From positions 1 through 46,304 of the forward strand of contig CAZTRR010000003.1 in NCBI GenBank assembly GCA_964616785.1: a stretch of 46,304 nucleotides of DNA. Reading direction: 5' to 3'. Position numbers and translations under genes: made by a program. The notes beneath the pieces were generated by a model that made no database searches, was not told the DNA's origin, and worked only from the letters and a program-made list of their open reading frames with translations. Below, piece after piece: positions 27,258 through 35,754 of the stretch; position 1 is the stretch's first letter, and every line of letters begins with the position of its first letter. This stretch comes from an uncultured Dehalococcoidales bacterium. GTDB lineage: Bacteria; Chloroflexota; Dehalococcoidia; GIF9; UBA5629.

Positions 27258-27838
27258 GGGCTAGAGTAGCTGAAGTTGTCGAAGCCAGTAGCGCTGAGTT
27301 TGTGGCTCAATGCTATAAGCTTAACCAAGCACCGCCATTGGGCAGTCTGGTGAAAACCAGGGATGAACTCTGGGAAATCTATGGCGTCGTCTGCAATATT
27401 GAAACGCATAGCCTTGACCCAGGGCGACGCGTAGTGGCCAGGGGCGAGGAGGTGGAGACGGAGGATCAGCTTTTTCGAGCTAATCCGCAGCTAACTAAAC
27501 TTCTAAGTACTGATTTTAAAGCTCTGGTGGTTGGCCATCGCCACGGTGATGACTTGCATCATTATCTACCACCCGGACCAGCACCCATTCACGGCTTCGT
27601 CTACACGTGCCAGCTCGAGGAGGTCACAGCGTTTACTCAGTCCCTGGATTTCCTTGGCTTGTTAGTTGATGCCCGGTTACCCTTCTCTGTAGACGAGGTT
27701 ATTGCCGCTTGCCTTCGCTCTGCCAGTAAGTCGTATCCCGATTCTAAGGCTTTTCTTGTCAAAGCTGGTAGGGAGCTGGCCGGGCTGTTGGGCGGCGATT
27801 CTCAAAGACTCAACTCGGTTCTCAAGAGGCTTAGATGA
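27248..27838 (+). CDS. Hypothetical protein; its N-terminus resembles a HerA HAS-barrel
   Basis: 196 aa. It overlaps the NurA gene by 10 nt and the HerA gene by ATGA. ARVAEVVEASSAEFVAQCYKLNQAPPLGSLVKTRDELWEIYGVVCNIETHSLDP parallels RLGSVASGSLTRGVDVKLDASVSVEDMAVGRYVAIEGEKRRFFGMITDVSLEAVDP of the next gene. Confidence 0.65.
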   Translation: MDLGARVAEVVEASSAEFVAQCYKLNQAPPLGSLVKTRDELWEIYGVVCNIETHSLDPGRRVVARGEEVETEDQLFRANPQLTKLLSTDFKALVVGHRHGDDLHHYLPPGPAPIHGFVYTCQLEEVTAFTQSLDFLGLLVDARLPFSVDEVIAACLRSASKSYPDSKAFLVKAGRELAGLLGGDSQRLNSVLKRLR

Positions 27839-29472
27839 TGGCTGAGCAGAATTCCGATGAACGAACCCGCTTGGGTTCAGTCGCTTCCGGCTCTCTGACC
27901 AGAGGCGTGGACGTGAAGCTCGATGCTTCGGTTTCGGTAGAGGATATGGCGGTGGGGCGCTACGTGGCTATTGAGGGAGAGAAACGCCGTTTCTTTGGGA
28001 TGATTACGGATGTTAGTCTGGAAGCTGTCGACCCCAGGGTCATAATAACGCCGCCTGATATCTCCGACCCTTTCATTGCCCAGGTGGTTGCTGGTACGAC
28101 TACCTATGGAAAACTTCGTGTTCTACCGATGTTGACCATAGGGGGCGATGCGGTAAGCATACTTGAAGGGCCTCAGCCAGTGAAGACAGTGCCCACGCAT
28201 TTCTCTGAAGTAACACTGGCTTCCCAACAGGATGTGGAGTTGGTTTTCGGTGCTGAGGATGACAGGCGGTTCTATGTCGGCACGCCTCTGGATATGGAGA
28301 CCAAGGTGTGCCTCAATGTGTCCGAGTTTGTCAAGCGGTCCAATGGGGTTTTTGGAAAGAGTGGCACAGGGAAGACCTTTCTGACTCGCTTGCTCCTCGT
28401 TGGTATGCTGCAAAAGCAGGCGGCGGTGAGCCTGGTTTTTGACATGCATAGTGAATACGGTTGGGAGGGGAGGAGTGAGAAAGGCTACAAGGTAAAGGGA
28501 TTAAAGCAGCTTTTCCCGTCCAAAGTGGCGGTTTTCGCCTTGGATGAGGAAAGCTCGCGCTGGAGGAAAGTGAGCACTGATTTCGTAGTCAAGATAGGCT
28601 ACGATGAGATTGAGCCCGAGGATATCGAGTTGCTCCGGCAGACACTGAACTTGACTGAAGCTTCTACTCAGGCAGTCTATCAACTAGCACGGGAGTTCGG
28701 CGACAGGAAATGGCTGGAGACTATACTCAATTTGGACGATGACGACAGCAAGCTGCTGATTGCCAGGCTCAATATTCACGACAGCACCTACCATAATCTA
28801 CGCCGTGGACTGGATAACTTGCGGAGGTTTCCCTTCTTAGTATCTCATGCTCCTGATAACTCGGTGCGCCGTATTCTGGAGTATTTGGAGCGGGGAATAA
28901 ACGTTGTTCTCGAGTTCGGCAGATTCGACGATTTCGTAGCCTATATGCTGGTGGCTAACCTGCTTAGCCGCCGGATTTACGCTCAATATCGGGAAAAAGC
29001 GGAGAAGGCGATGGGCGGCGACGTGGCACCATCTCGGCCCCTGGTTGTCACCATTGAAGAGGCCCATCGCTTTCTTAATCCCGAGTTGTCGGGCCGAACA
29101 ATCTTCGGTAGGATCGCTCGGGAGATGAGGAAATACGATGTTACTTTGCTGGTGATTGACCAACGTCCCAGTGGTATCGACGACGAGGTCATGTCGCAAC
29201 TAGGAACCAAGGTTACGTGCCTTCTTGACGATGAGCGTGATATCGATAGTGTGCTTACCGGTGTAGCGGGCAAGAGCGAGTTGAAGTCGGTGCTGTCAAA
29301 GCTCGAAACGAAGCAGCAGGCGCTTATCTTCGGTCATGCCGTACCGATGCCAGTGGTGATCAAGACTCGGGAATACGGCTCGGCTGAATCATATAAGGAA
29401 CTTGGTTTTCTCGAGGCTGCCGAGTTCAAAAGGAAGACGGAGAAAGAAATAGAGGGTCTGTGGGCACCGTAA
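27835..29472 (+). CDS. HerA/FtsK-type (DUF87) hexameric ATPase
   Basis: HAS-barrel-like N-terminus. Walker A is VFGKSGTGKTF. Walker B-like segment is LVVTIEEAHRFL. TLLVIDQRPSGIDDEVMSQLGTKV is typical of HerA. Confidence 0.8.
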   Translation: MMAEQNSDERTRLGSVASGSLTRGVDVKLDASVSVEDMAVGRYVAIEGEKRRFFGMITDVSLEAVDPRVIITPPDISDPFIAQVVAGTTTYGKLRVLPMLTIGGDAVSILEGPQPVKTVPTHFSEVTLASQQDVELVFGAEDDRRFYVGTPLDMETKVCLNVSEFVKRSNGVFGKSGTGKTFLTRLLLVGMLQKQAAVSLVFDMHSEYGWEGRSEKGYKVKGLKQLFPSKVAVFALDEESSRWRKVSTDFVVKIGYDEIEPEDIELLRQTLNLTEASTQAVYQLAREFGDRKWLETILNLDDDDSKLLIARLNIHDSTYHNLRRGLDNLRRFPFLVSHAPDNSVRRILEYLERGINVVLEFGRFDDFVAYMLVANLLSRRIYAQYREKAEKAMGGDVAPSRPLVVTIEEAHRFLNPELSGRTIFGRIAREMRKYDVTLLVIDQRPSGIDDEVMSQLGTKVTCLLDDERDIDSVLTGVAGKSELKSVLSKLETKQQALIFGHAVPMPVVIKTREYGSAESYKELGFLEAAEFKRKTEKEIEGLWAP

Positions 29473-29525
29473 GGCCACCTACTGATGCATAAAGCTTCTG
29501 TGCAATTCTCCCCCGTTTTTCAGAA

Positions 29526-29566
29526 CTCAGAGTGACAGCGGCGGAGGGTTCTCTAAGAATGACAGG
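29526..29566. repeat. REP-like element in the convergent HerA / binding-protein intergenic region
   Basis: CTCAGAGTGACAGCGGCGGAGGGTTCTCTAAGAATGACAGG. Its reverse complement begins CCTGTCATTCTTAGAGAA, compared with CCTGTCAGTCTGAGCGAA for the reverse complement of 7506-7547. Confidence 0.5.
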
Positions 29567-29583
29567 AGGCAAAGGCTTCAGAG

Positions 29584-31176
29584 TCAGGGTGATGAGTAGA
29601 CCTCCTCCTCTATATAGACTTCACTCAGTGTTGGGATACCCTGGGCATCGAGCTTGTAATTCCTGACGTAAGGCCGGATCAAAACATAGCTGGTGCCAAA
29701 CCACAATGGCAAACAGGCAGCTTCATCTATCATGCTCTGTTCGACTTGTTGGTACAGCGCCAATCTGGTGGCATCGTCTGGTTCCACGGCCGCCTGGTCA
29801 AGCAGAGCGTCCAAGTCTGGATTGCTATAGCTGCCGCTGTTATACTCAGCCCCGGTATGAAACAGGATATCCAGGAAATCCTGCGGGTCGGGATAGTCAG
29901 CAATCCAGCCGGCCATAAACATCTCATCGGCTTCTTCTTTCAGGTAATAGGAGAATACCTCGGGCTCCAGTTGCCTGACAGTTACCTCTACACCGAGGTT
30001 GTACTGCCAGTCTTGGATAATGGCTCCGAGATATTCTGGTATGTTGCCTCCCCGGCCAGAGGTAGTCAGTGTGATCGGAGGCAGATTGGCAACGCCACCA
30101 TACTTCGAACTGGCGATGAGGCTTTTCGCCTTGGCTACGTCGAAGTCCAGTCCGTTTAGGCTTTCATTATAGCCAGGCATGTTTGGAGGCAGAATGCCAT
30201 CGGCCTCGCTCACCATTCCTTTCAGGATTATTCTGATAATTCGCTCCTTGTTCACTGCATGGCAGAAAGCCTGGCGGATGTTCACATCGTCAAAAGGTGC
30301 CTTTTGAGTGTTGAAGCCTATGTAGAAGAGGCTCGACTCAGGAAATATGGCCAGCTCTGCATGGAAAGGACCTTTCTCATCTCTCACCCGGTCAACGTGG
30401 TATTCGTAGACTGGAGCCACGTCGATTTCGTCCATTTCATACATGGCCAAAGGCATACCAGCCAGAAGATGAAAGACCACGCGATTAACATTAGGTGGCT
30501 CCCGGTAGTAGGTCTCGTTTGCCTCCAGAACCAGGGATTGGCCTTCTTTCCATTCTTCTAGCTTAAACGGGCCAGTTCCGTTTGGTCTGTGCCACCATTC
30601 CCTGCCTGATTCCACGTCGGCTCTATCAACAACAAAGGCAGTAGGATAAGTGAGCTTGGCCAGGAAATAAGCCTTAGGAGCGTCAATGGTGACCTTCAGG
30701 GTATAATCATCGATAACCTCAACGCCGCTGATTTCTGTCGTCTTCCCTTCGAGCACGTCATCTACGCCAACAATATCGCCCAAATACGTGACCGCTGTTT
30801 GCGAACCGGTTTCAGGGTTGCAAGCTCTTTCCCATGAGTATTTGAAATCCTGAGCAGTGACCTCCTTGCCATCGTGAAATCTTACCCCTTTCCGCAAATG
30901 GAAAGTATAGGTCTTGCCATCATTGCTTCTTTGCCAGCTTTCAGCGATATCAGGTGCTGGCTTGGATTCTTCGTCAAGACGGACGAGGCCGCTAAAGACC
31001 TGCATAATATAGGTGTGGGAGGTCATCTCACCGGAGATCGCCGGGTCAAGGGTTATTGGACCAGTGTCCCACAGGTTGAGCACGTCCTGTTCCACCTGGC
31101 AGCCGCTGGCCACAGGCAGTATCCCCAGAGTGCAAAGCAAAATGCCCAGCAATGCTACTTTGCGAACCTTTTTCAT
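29584..31176 (-). CDS. ABC transporter substrate-binding lipoprotein, peptide/nickel (family 5) type
   Basis: 530 aa. Lipobox LPVASGC. The overall layout is family-5 SBP (...YTFHLRKGVRFHDG...). No permease or ATPase genes are adjacent. Confidence 0.88.
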   Translation of the reverse strand: MKKVRKVALLGILLCTLGILPVASGCQVEQDVLNLWDTGPITLDPAISGEMTSHTYIMQVFSGLVRLDEESKPAPDIAESWQRSNDGKTYTFHLRKGVRFHDGKEVTAQDFKYSWERACNPETGSQTAVTYLGDIVGVDDVLEGKTTEISGVEVIDDYTLKVTIDAPKAYFLAKLTYPTAFVVDRADVESGREWWHRPNGTGPFKLEEWKEGQSLVLEANETYYREPPNVNRVVFHLLAGMPLAMYEMDEIDVAPVYEYHVDRVRDEKGPFHAELAIFPESSLFYIGFNTQKAPFDDVNIRQAFCHAVNKERIIRIILKGMVSEADGILPPNMPGYNESLNGLDFDVAKAKSLIASSKYGGVANLPPITLTTSGRGGNIPEYLGAIIQDWQYNLGVEVTVRQLEPEVFSYYLKEEADEMFMAGWIADYPDPQDFLDILFHTGAEYNSGSYSNPDLDALLDQAAVEPDDATRLALYQQVEQSMIDEAACLPLWFGTSYVLIRPYVRNYKLDAQGIPTLSEVYIEEEVYSSP

Positions 31177-31607
31177 CTTATTACCTTCCCTGCCAGTGCG
31201 CTGGCATGGTACTCCCCTTTTTCAAGTGTGACTTCGCCATTGACGAGGACATAGTGGATTCCCTCAGAGAACTGGAAAGGGGTATTGAAAGACGCACCGT
31301 TGTTGACGGTCTTTAGGTCAAATATGGTGATGTCAGCAAAGGCGCCTTTTCTCACAATGCTCCGGTCTTTAAGGCACATCTGTTTCTCGTACTGCAAGCC
31401 GTCCGCATCAATCACTGTTGACGCTTGGGCATTCGGAAAGAGTCCCACATCTTCAATGCGTTCACCTCGGACCATCACATCTCCCCTAAAAGCGGGCTTT
31501 CCTGTGCCACCCATGATCATGCCGTTTCTTATCAACACGTCAGTGCTCACCCTGGCAACTCCTGCAAGAAATGATCTGGTCAAAGCTCGCCTCGAGCGGG
31601 ACCCCAC
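31173..31607 (-). CDS. D-aminoacylase/amidohydrolase-like remnant: N- and C-terminal beta-sandwich segments fused, catalytic barrel missing
   Basis: DVLIRNGMIMGGTGKPAFRGDVMVRGERIEDVG...VIDADGL joins directly to ...LKDRSIVRKGAFADITIFD...GIHYVLVNGEV. The likely start is GTG 31550 (GCAGGAG SD 8 nt upstream). ATGA overlap with the binding-protein gene. Confidence 0.6.
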   Translation of the reverse strand: MGSRSRRALTRSFLAGVARVSTDVLIRNGMIMGGTGKPAFRGDVMVRGERIEDVGLFPNAQASTVIDADGLQYEKQMCLKDRSIVRKGAFADITIFDLKTVNNGASFNTPFQFSEGIHYVLVNGEVTLEKGEYHASALAGKVIR

Positions 31608-31780
31608 AGCTATGGTTCAACGCCGCGTCTTCTATTCCTTTCCCTATCAGGACCTTTCGAATACTTTCTTGATGCTTATTGGGGCTCCGTTCGCCCTCAA
31701 CCTGGCGATGAAGGACAGCTCGATTTCCGGCCCTAATCTGCCTGGCAGATTGCCAGGCCTCTGTCATTGGTCTCTGAGCT

Positions 31781-32470
31781 TCAGAATAGGTTCTTGGCTT
31801 TCATACTTAAATAGTCTTTATCGCAGACAATAATATGGTCGAGGACTTCGATGCCCATGATTTCACCAACTTCGACAAGTCGCTTGGTTATTCTGATGTC
31901 ATCTTCGGAAGGTGCAGGGTCACCAGAAGGGTGATTGTGCGCGAGGATAACTGAAGCGGCACTGGAGGAGATAGCTTCCTTGAATACCTCCCGTGGATGG
32001 ACGATGCTGGTATCGAGACTGCCGACGGAGATTGGGTGAGTCTCTATCAGGTGACCTCGGGTGTCGAGGGAAAGTACCAGGAAATGCTCCTTCTTCTTGC
32101 CCTTTAGCTGGCTCTTGACTGACCTGATGGCATCCTCTGGAGACCTGACCGTAGGTTTCTGTTCCTCGTCACAGGAATTCTCTAGCCGTTTGCCCAGCTC
32201 AAAGGCAGCCTTAATCTGGGCCGCTTTGGCCGGGCCCACGCCTTTTATTTCGGTTAGCTCTTGCATGGAGGCAGCGGCAATGTTCTTGAGATTGCCGAAC
32301 GTGCTTAACAGCGCGTGAGCGATGGCCATTACTGACTCGTCCTTGCTTCCTCGCCCCAGGATTACGGCCAGGATTTCTGGAACAGAGAGGGCTTCAACCC
32401 CAAGCTTTGCAAGTCTCTCCCGAGGCCGTTCTGAAAGAGGTAGGTCGTGAATGGTAAAAGACCTCTTCAA
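31781..32470 (-). CDS. radC: RadC-family JAB-domain protein
   Basis: N-terminus is IHDLPLSERPRERLAKLG. The JAMM region is ILAHNHPSGDPAPSEDD. TTG start overlaps the upstream stop (TTGA). Confidence 0.9.
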   Translation of the reverse strand: MKRSFTIHDLPLSERPRERLAKLGVEALSVPEILAVILGRGSKDESVMAIAHALLSTFGNLKNIAAASMQELTEIKGVGPAKAAQIKAAFELGKRLENSCDEEQKPTVRSPEDAIRSVKSQLKGKKKEHFLVLSLDTRGHLIETHPISVGSLDTSIVHPREVFKEAISSSAASVILAHNHPSGDPAPSEDDIRITKRLVEVGEIMGIEVLDHIIVCDKDYLSMKAKNLF

Positions 32471-33684
32471 CTGATGGCCCCCACGAGTACGATTGATGCT
32501 TTCGAGGTTAGCGCCTTACGCAGCAGTTCATCCCAAAAAGTCTCCCTCTGTCCAATTCTCCATGGAGGTACACGGCCAAGCTTAGATTCGGACTGTGCTC
32601 GGCTGGTTACGTATTCTCGCCATAGCTCGTCGAGCCCATCCTGGTCGAAACCGTAGATCTCAGTCAAGGCGTCATCGCAGCTACTACCGTCTCGCAGCAA
32701 GGTTAGCAGACGGAGCATCTTGTCTCCGCCATACTCTCGCAGGAGGAATGCAACCAGGCTCTGGCTTTCAGCGTAGGACAGATATGCCTCCTCAGCTTTG
32801 GCTGAAAACGGGCTGGACAAACTGCGTACTGAAATGAGCCTCTGCTTAGAGATCGCCCCTTCGAGCCATGATTCAAGGTAGGGATCGAGTTCACCCTCGG
32901 CGTGCATGGCTAATCCTTCATCTAGCCAGGTGGGCAGGATAGCTCCATAGGGGCTGAAAGTCATCTGGTGGGTTACACAATGGCCCAGTTCATGAGCCAA
33001 GGCTCTTTTGCCCCAGTCTAGCTGTTTCTCTGAAACACCAATGGCGATAATGCCGTATTCAGTGAAAGCAACGCCACCGGTCCATTCTCGTGGGAAAATC
33101 ATGGCGCCTCGCAGGTCTTTACTGTCTGCGTAAATATAAATGTCGATCGGCTTTTCAGGATAGACACCGGTATCCTCAGCTAGCCTCTCCAGCGCTTCTT
33201 GAGCAGCGGCCATCAGCTCCTCTGCAAAAGAGCGACTCCCTTCATACCAGAAGAGGTTCAGTTGCCCTTCAGCCAGAGTCTGCCATGAGTACCTAAGGTC
33301 CTCAAAGCGAACCACATCTACAGGCGTTATCAGCTTGTTCCCAGCCTTGTCTTCGATTGTCCACCAGTATTGGACTGTTGCTCCAGATGGTAGACTGGCT
33401 CTTCTCATATCCCACGTCCATTGTGCCTCCACTTTGGGTGCCGGAGTGAAATCAGGCCAAGCTTCGCTAATAACTCGGGCGTAGTTCATCCTATCAACTT
33501 GGTAGTGAAGGCGAATCCTGGTAATATCGCTCGGGCTCTGAGCTTCGATCTTGAAGATTAGGGCAGAAGGAAAGAACACCCCAGCAGTGCTGTCAAGTAC
33601 TGAAATCTCCTGTTGCCCGTAGGCGGCGGTTGGAGTAACAAGCAGAACGGCAATCAGGACTATGAGAAGAAACCGCTTAATCAT
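32467..33684 (-). CDS. Secreted zinc metallopeptidase (HExxH, peptidase MA-like)
   Basis: Signal peptide MIKRFLLIVLIAVLLVTPTAAYG. Active-site motif HELGHCVTH. ATGA overlap with the prfB stop. Confidence 0.8.
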   Translation of the reverse strand: MIKRFLLIVLIAVLLVTPTAAYGQQEISVLDSTAGVFFPSALIFKIEAQSPSDITRIRLHYQVDRMNYARVISEAWPDFTPAPKVEAQWTWDMRRASLPSGATVQYWWTIEDKAGNKLITPVDVVRFEDLRYSWQTLAEGQLNLFWYEGSRSFAEELMAAAQEALERLAEDTGVYPEKPIDIYIYADSKDLRGAMIFPREWTGGVAFTEYGIIAIGVSEKQLDWGKRALAHELGHCVTHQMTFSPYGAILPTWLDEGLAMHAEGELDPYLESWLEGAISKQRLISVRSLSSPFSAKAEEAYLSYAESQSLVAFLLREYGGDKMLRLLTLLRDGSSCDDALTEIYGFDQDGLDELWREYVTSRAQSESKLGRVPPWRIGQRETFWDELLRKALTSKASIVLVGAIS

Positions 33685-34785
33685 TCTTCTTCTCCCACTT
33701 TCGACCGCAGGTAGGCGGTGATGAACTCATCAAGCTCTCCATTTAGGACAGCAGCAACATTGCCGGTTTCATGGTTGGTACGGTGGTCCTTTACCATTTT
33801 GTAGGGATGGAGGACGTAGCTTCGGATTTGGTTGCCCCAGCCAGCTTCAATTCGTTTTCCCTTGAGCTTGGCTTTTTCAGCCTGTCTTCTGTTGCGCTCC
33901 AGCTGAAGAAGACGAGCATAAAGGACTTTCATAGCGCTTTCCTTGTTCTGAAACTGTGAGCGCTGGCTTTGACAGGCGACCACCAGGCCGGTGGGAATAT
34001 GGGTTATTCTAACTGCACTGCTGCTTTTCTGCATATGCTGTCCACCAGGGCCGCTTGACCTGAAAGTGTCAATTCGCAACTCGTCAGGACTCATTTCTAT
34101 GTCTGTCTCCTCTTGGGCTTCAGGTAGAACTTCAACCAGAACAAAGGAGGTATGCCGCGCATGGTCGGAGTCGAACGGTGACAAACGAACCAGACGGTGA
34201 ACCCCGTGCTCAGATTTGAGATATCCGTACGCACAGTTCCCTTTGACTTCCACGGTGGCACTCTTAATTCCGGCTTCTTCAGCGGGCGAGGTGTCCAGTA
34301 TTTCGGCTTGATACCCGTGCTGCTCTGCCCATCGTAGGTACATCCTCAGGAGCATTTCTGCCCAATCTTGAGACTCGGTACCACCCGCGCCCGCGTGCAA
34401 GGCCAAAATGGCGTCTCTGGAATCGTATTCATCGCTCAGGGTCAGGCGGACTTCCAACTCGTCCAATTTGGAGGCTATCTTGTCTGTCTCGCCTTGCAGC
34501 TCTTCTTGAAGCGACTGATCATCTTCTTCAATTGCCAAGGTTGCCATATCATGAAGTTCAGAAACCTCGTTCTCTAACTGACGCCAGGTCTGGACCACGT
34601 TTTCAGCGGCTCTTAAGTTACGCATGGTAGATTGCGCTTTGGCCGGGTCAAGCCAGAAGTCGGGATGGGTGGTCTCGGCTTCTAATCTGGCGATTTCCTT
34701 TTCCTTGCCAGCTATGTCAAAGATGCACCATTACGTCTGTGATTCGGCGGTGCAAACCTTCCAATTTGTCTTTCTGCTCTTGCAT
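33681..34785 (-). CDS. prfB: Peptide chain release factor 2, requiring a programmed +1 frameshift
   Basis: Frame 0 runs from ATG 34785 for 22 codons (MQEQKDKLEGLHRRITDVMVHL) to CTT TGA C. After skipping T34719 the reading continues DIAGKEKEIARLE... into the 314-aa ORF. Total length is 367 aa. SPF (RLSPFD) and GGQ (GPGGQH) motifs are present. Confidence 0.92.
34716..34729 (-). promoter_or_regulatory. prfB +1 frameshift site with upstream SD-like element
   Basis: The minus strand reads GGTG CAT CTT TGA C: an SD-like GGTG, a 3-nt spacer, then CUU UGA C, the same architecture as the E. coli prfB site. Confidence 0.85.
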
Positions 34786-34819
34786 GTCAACTCCTGTTTC
34801 TCACAGCCTGGGCTGGATG

Positions 34820-35524
34820 CTAAATGAGCAATCTCTGCTGGGCGGTGTCATGCGTGGTCGTCAGTTTACCGCCGGCAGCGAGATGAGCCAATCGGGACGG
34901 CTCAGGAAGCCGATAACCTCGGCAACATTGCATCGTCCAGCCTATGGCTGTAGGCAGATCAATTCTATGACCGATGGAGACATAAATAGGACTCACCTGA
35001 ATCTTGGTTCTCAGAGCGACCCCAATAACCTCGCCATTGTGGGTAAGCTTAGCATAAGCCCCAGCTTCAATGTCTGGCGATTCGTGTCTGCCGCACAGGC
35101 GGGACTTGGCACAGCCTATAGTAGGTGTATCAAGAAGAAGGCCCAGATGTGAGGCGAGCCCGAAGCGCCTAGGGTGCGCAATTCCTTGGCCATCTACAAG
35201 AACAAGGTTGGGATTCGTGGACAGTTTCTGGCAAGCAGCTATCACTAATGGGGCTTCCCTGAAGGACAGCAGCCCAGGTATATAAGGAAAGCCGAGTTTG
35301 TCTTCAGCTATCGCGACTTCGACAATTTCGAGCCCGGGGTAACTAAGGACAACTGCTGCTGCACGGGCCATCCCTGTGGAATCTGGTGCTGATATGTCGA
35401 CACCGGCAATAAGATGCGGGATAGCGACTTCGTTTTTCCGGGATACCTGGCTTGCCAGCCTCCGTTGGATGTCTTGAGCTTGGGCGACGCTTATTTGCCA
35501 ACTGTGTAATTGTCGCACTTCCAT
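34820..35524 (-). CDS. nfi: Endonuclease V
   Basis: Motifs IAGVDIS, YIPGLLSFREAP and VDGQGIAHPRRFGLASHLGLLLDTPTIGCAKS. I set the start at ATG 35522-35524 (MEVRQLHSW...) because a promoter sits immediately upstream. The ORF-track start at 35563 lies inside that promoter. Confidence 0.88.
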   Translation of the reverse strand: MEVRQLHSWQISVAQAQDIQRRLASQVSRKNEVAIPHLIAGVDISAPDSTGMARAAAVVLSYPGLEIVEVAIAEDKLGFPYIPGLLSFREAPLVIAACQKLSTNPNLVLVDGQGIAHPRRFGLASHLGLLLDTPTIGCAKSRLCGRHESPDIEAGAYAKLTHNGEVIGVALRTKIQVSPIYVSIGHRIDLPTAIGWTMQCCRGYRLPEPSRLAHLAAGGKLTTTHDTAQQRLLI

Positions 35525-35531
35525 ATCTCTG

Positions 35532-35560
35532 ATTATAATTGGTATGGTCCCTGGTGGCAA
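35532..35560 (-). promoter_or_regulatory. Near-consensus promoter positioned for a leaderless nfi transcript
   Basis: On the minus strand: TTGCCA (35560-35555), 17-nt spacer, TATAAT (35537-35532), then 7 nt to ATG 35524. Confidence 0.5.
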
Positions 35561-35681
35561 CATTCATGGCTTTTCCGAGTAGTGTCAAACGCTATGCCTT
35601 TCTCGTCGGCCTTTCGATATATTCAACATACCCGTGGTTCAGAAACCGTATAGTATGTCCTGGACACCGCACACTTCGCTA

Positions 35682-35710
35682 TTGACAGGTACGGTTACTT
35701 GGTGCATAAT
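35682..35710 (+). promoter_or_regulatory. sigma70-type promoter for rpsP
   Basis: TTGACA (35682-35687), 17-nt spacer ending in TG, CATAAT (35705-35710), about 45 nt before ATG 35755. Confidence 0.55.
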
Positions 35711-35754
35711 AGCCACCAAGAACTTTGAAAGGGGCTTAACCTAAGCGGGGAATC

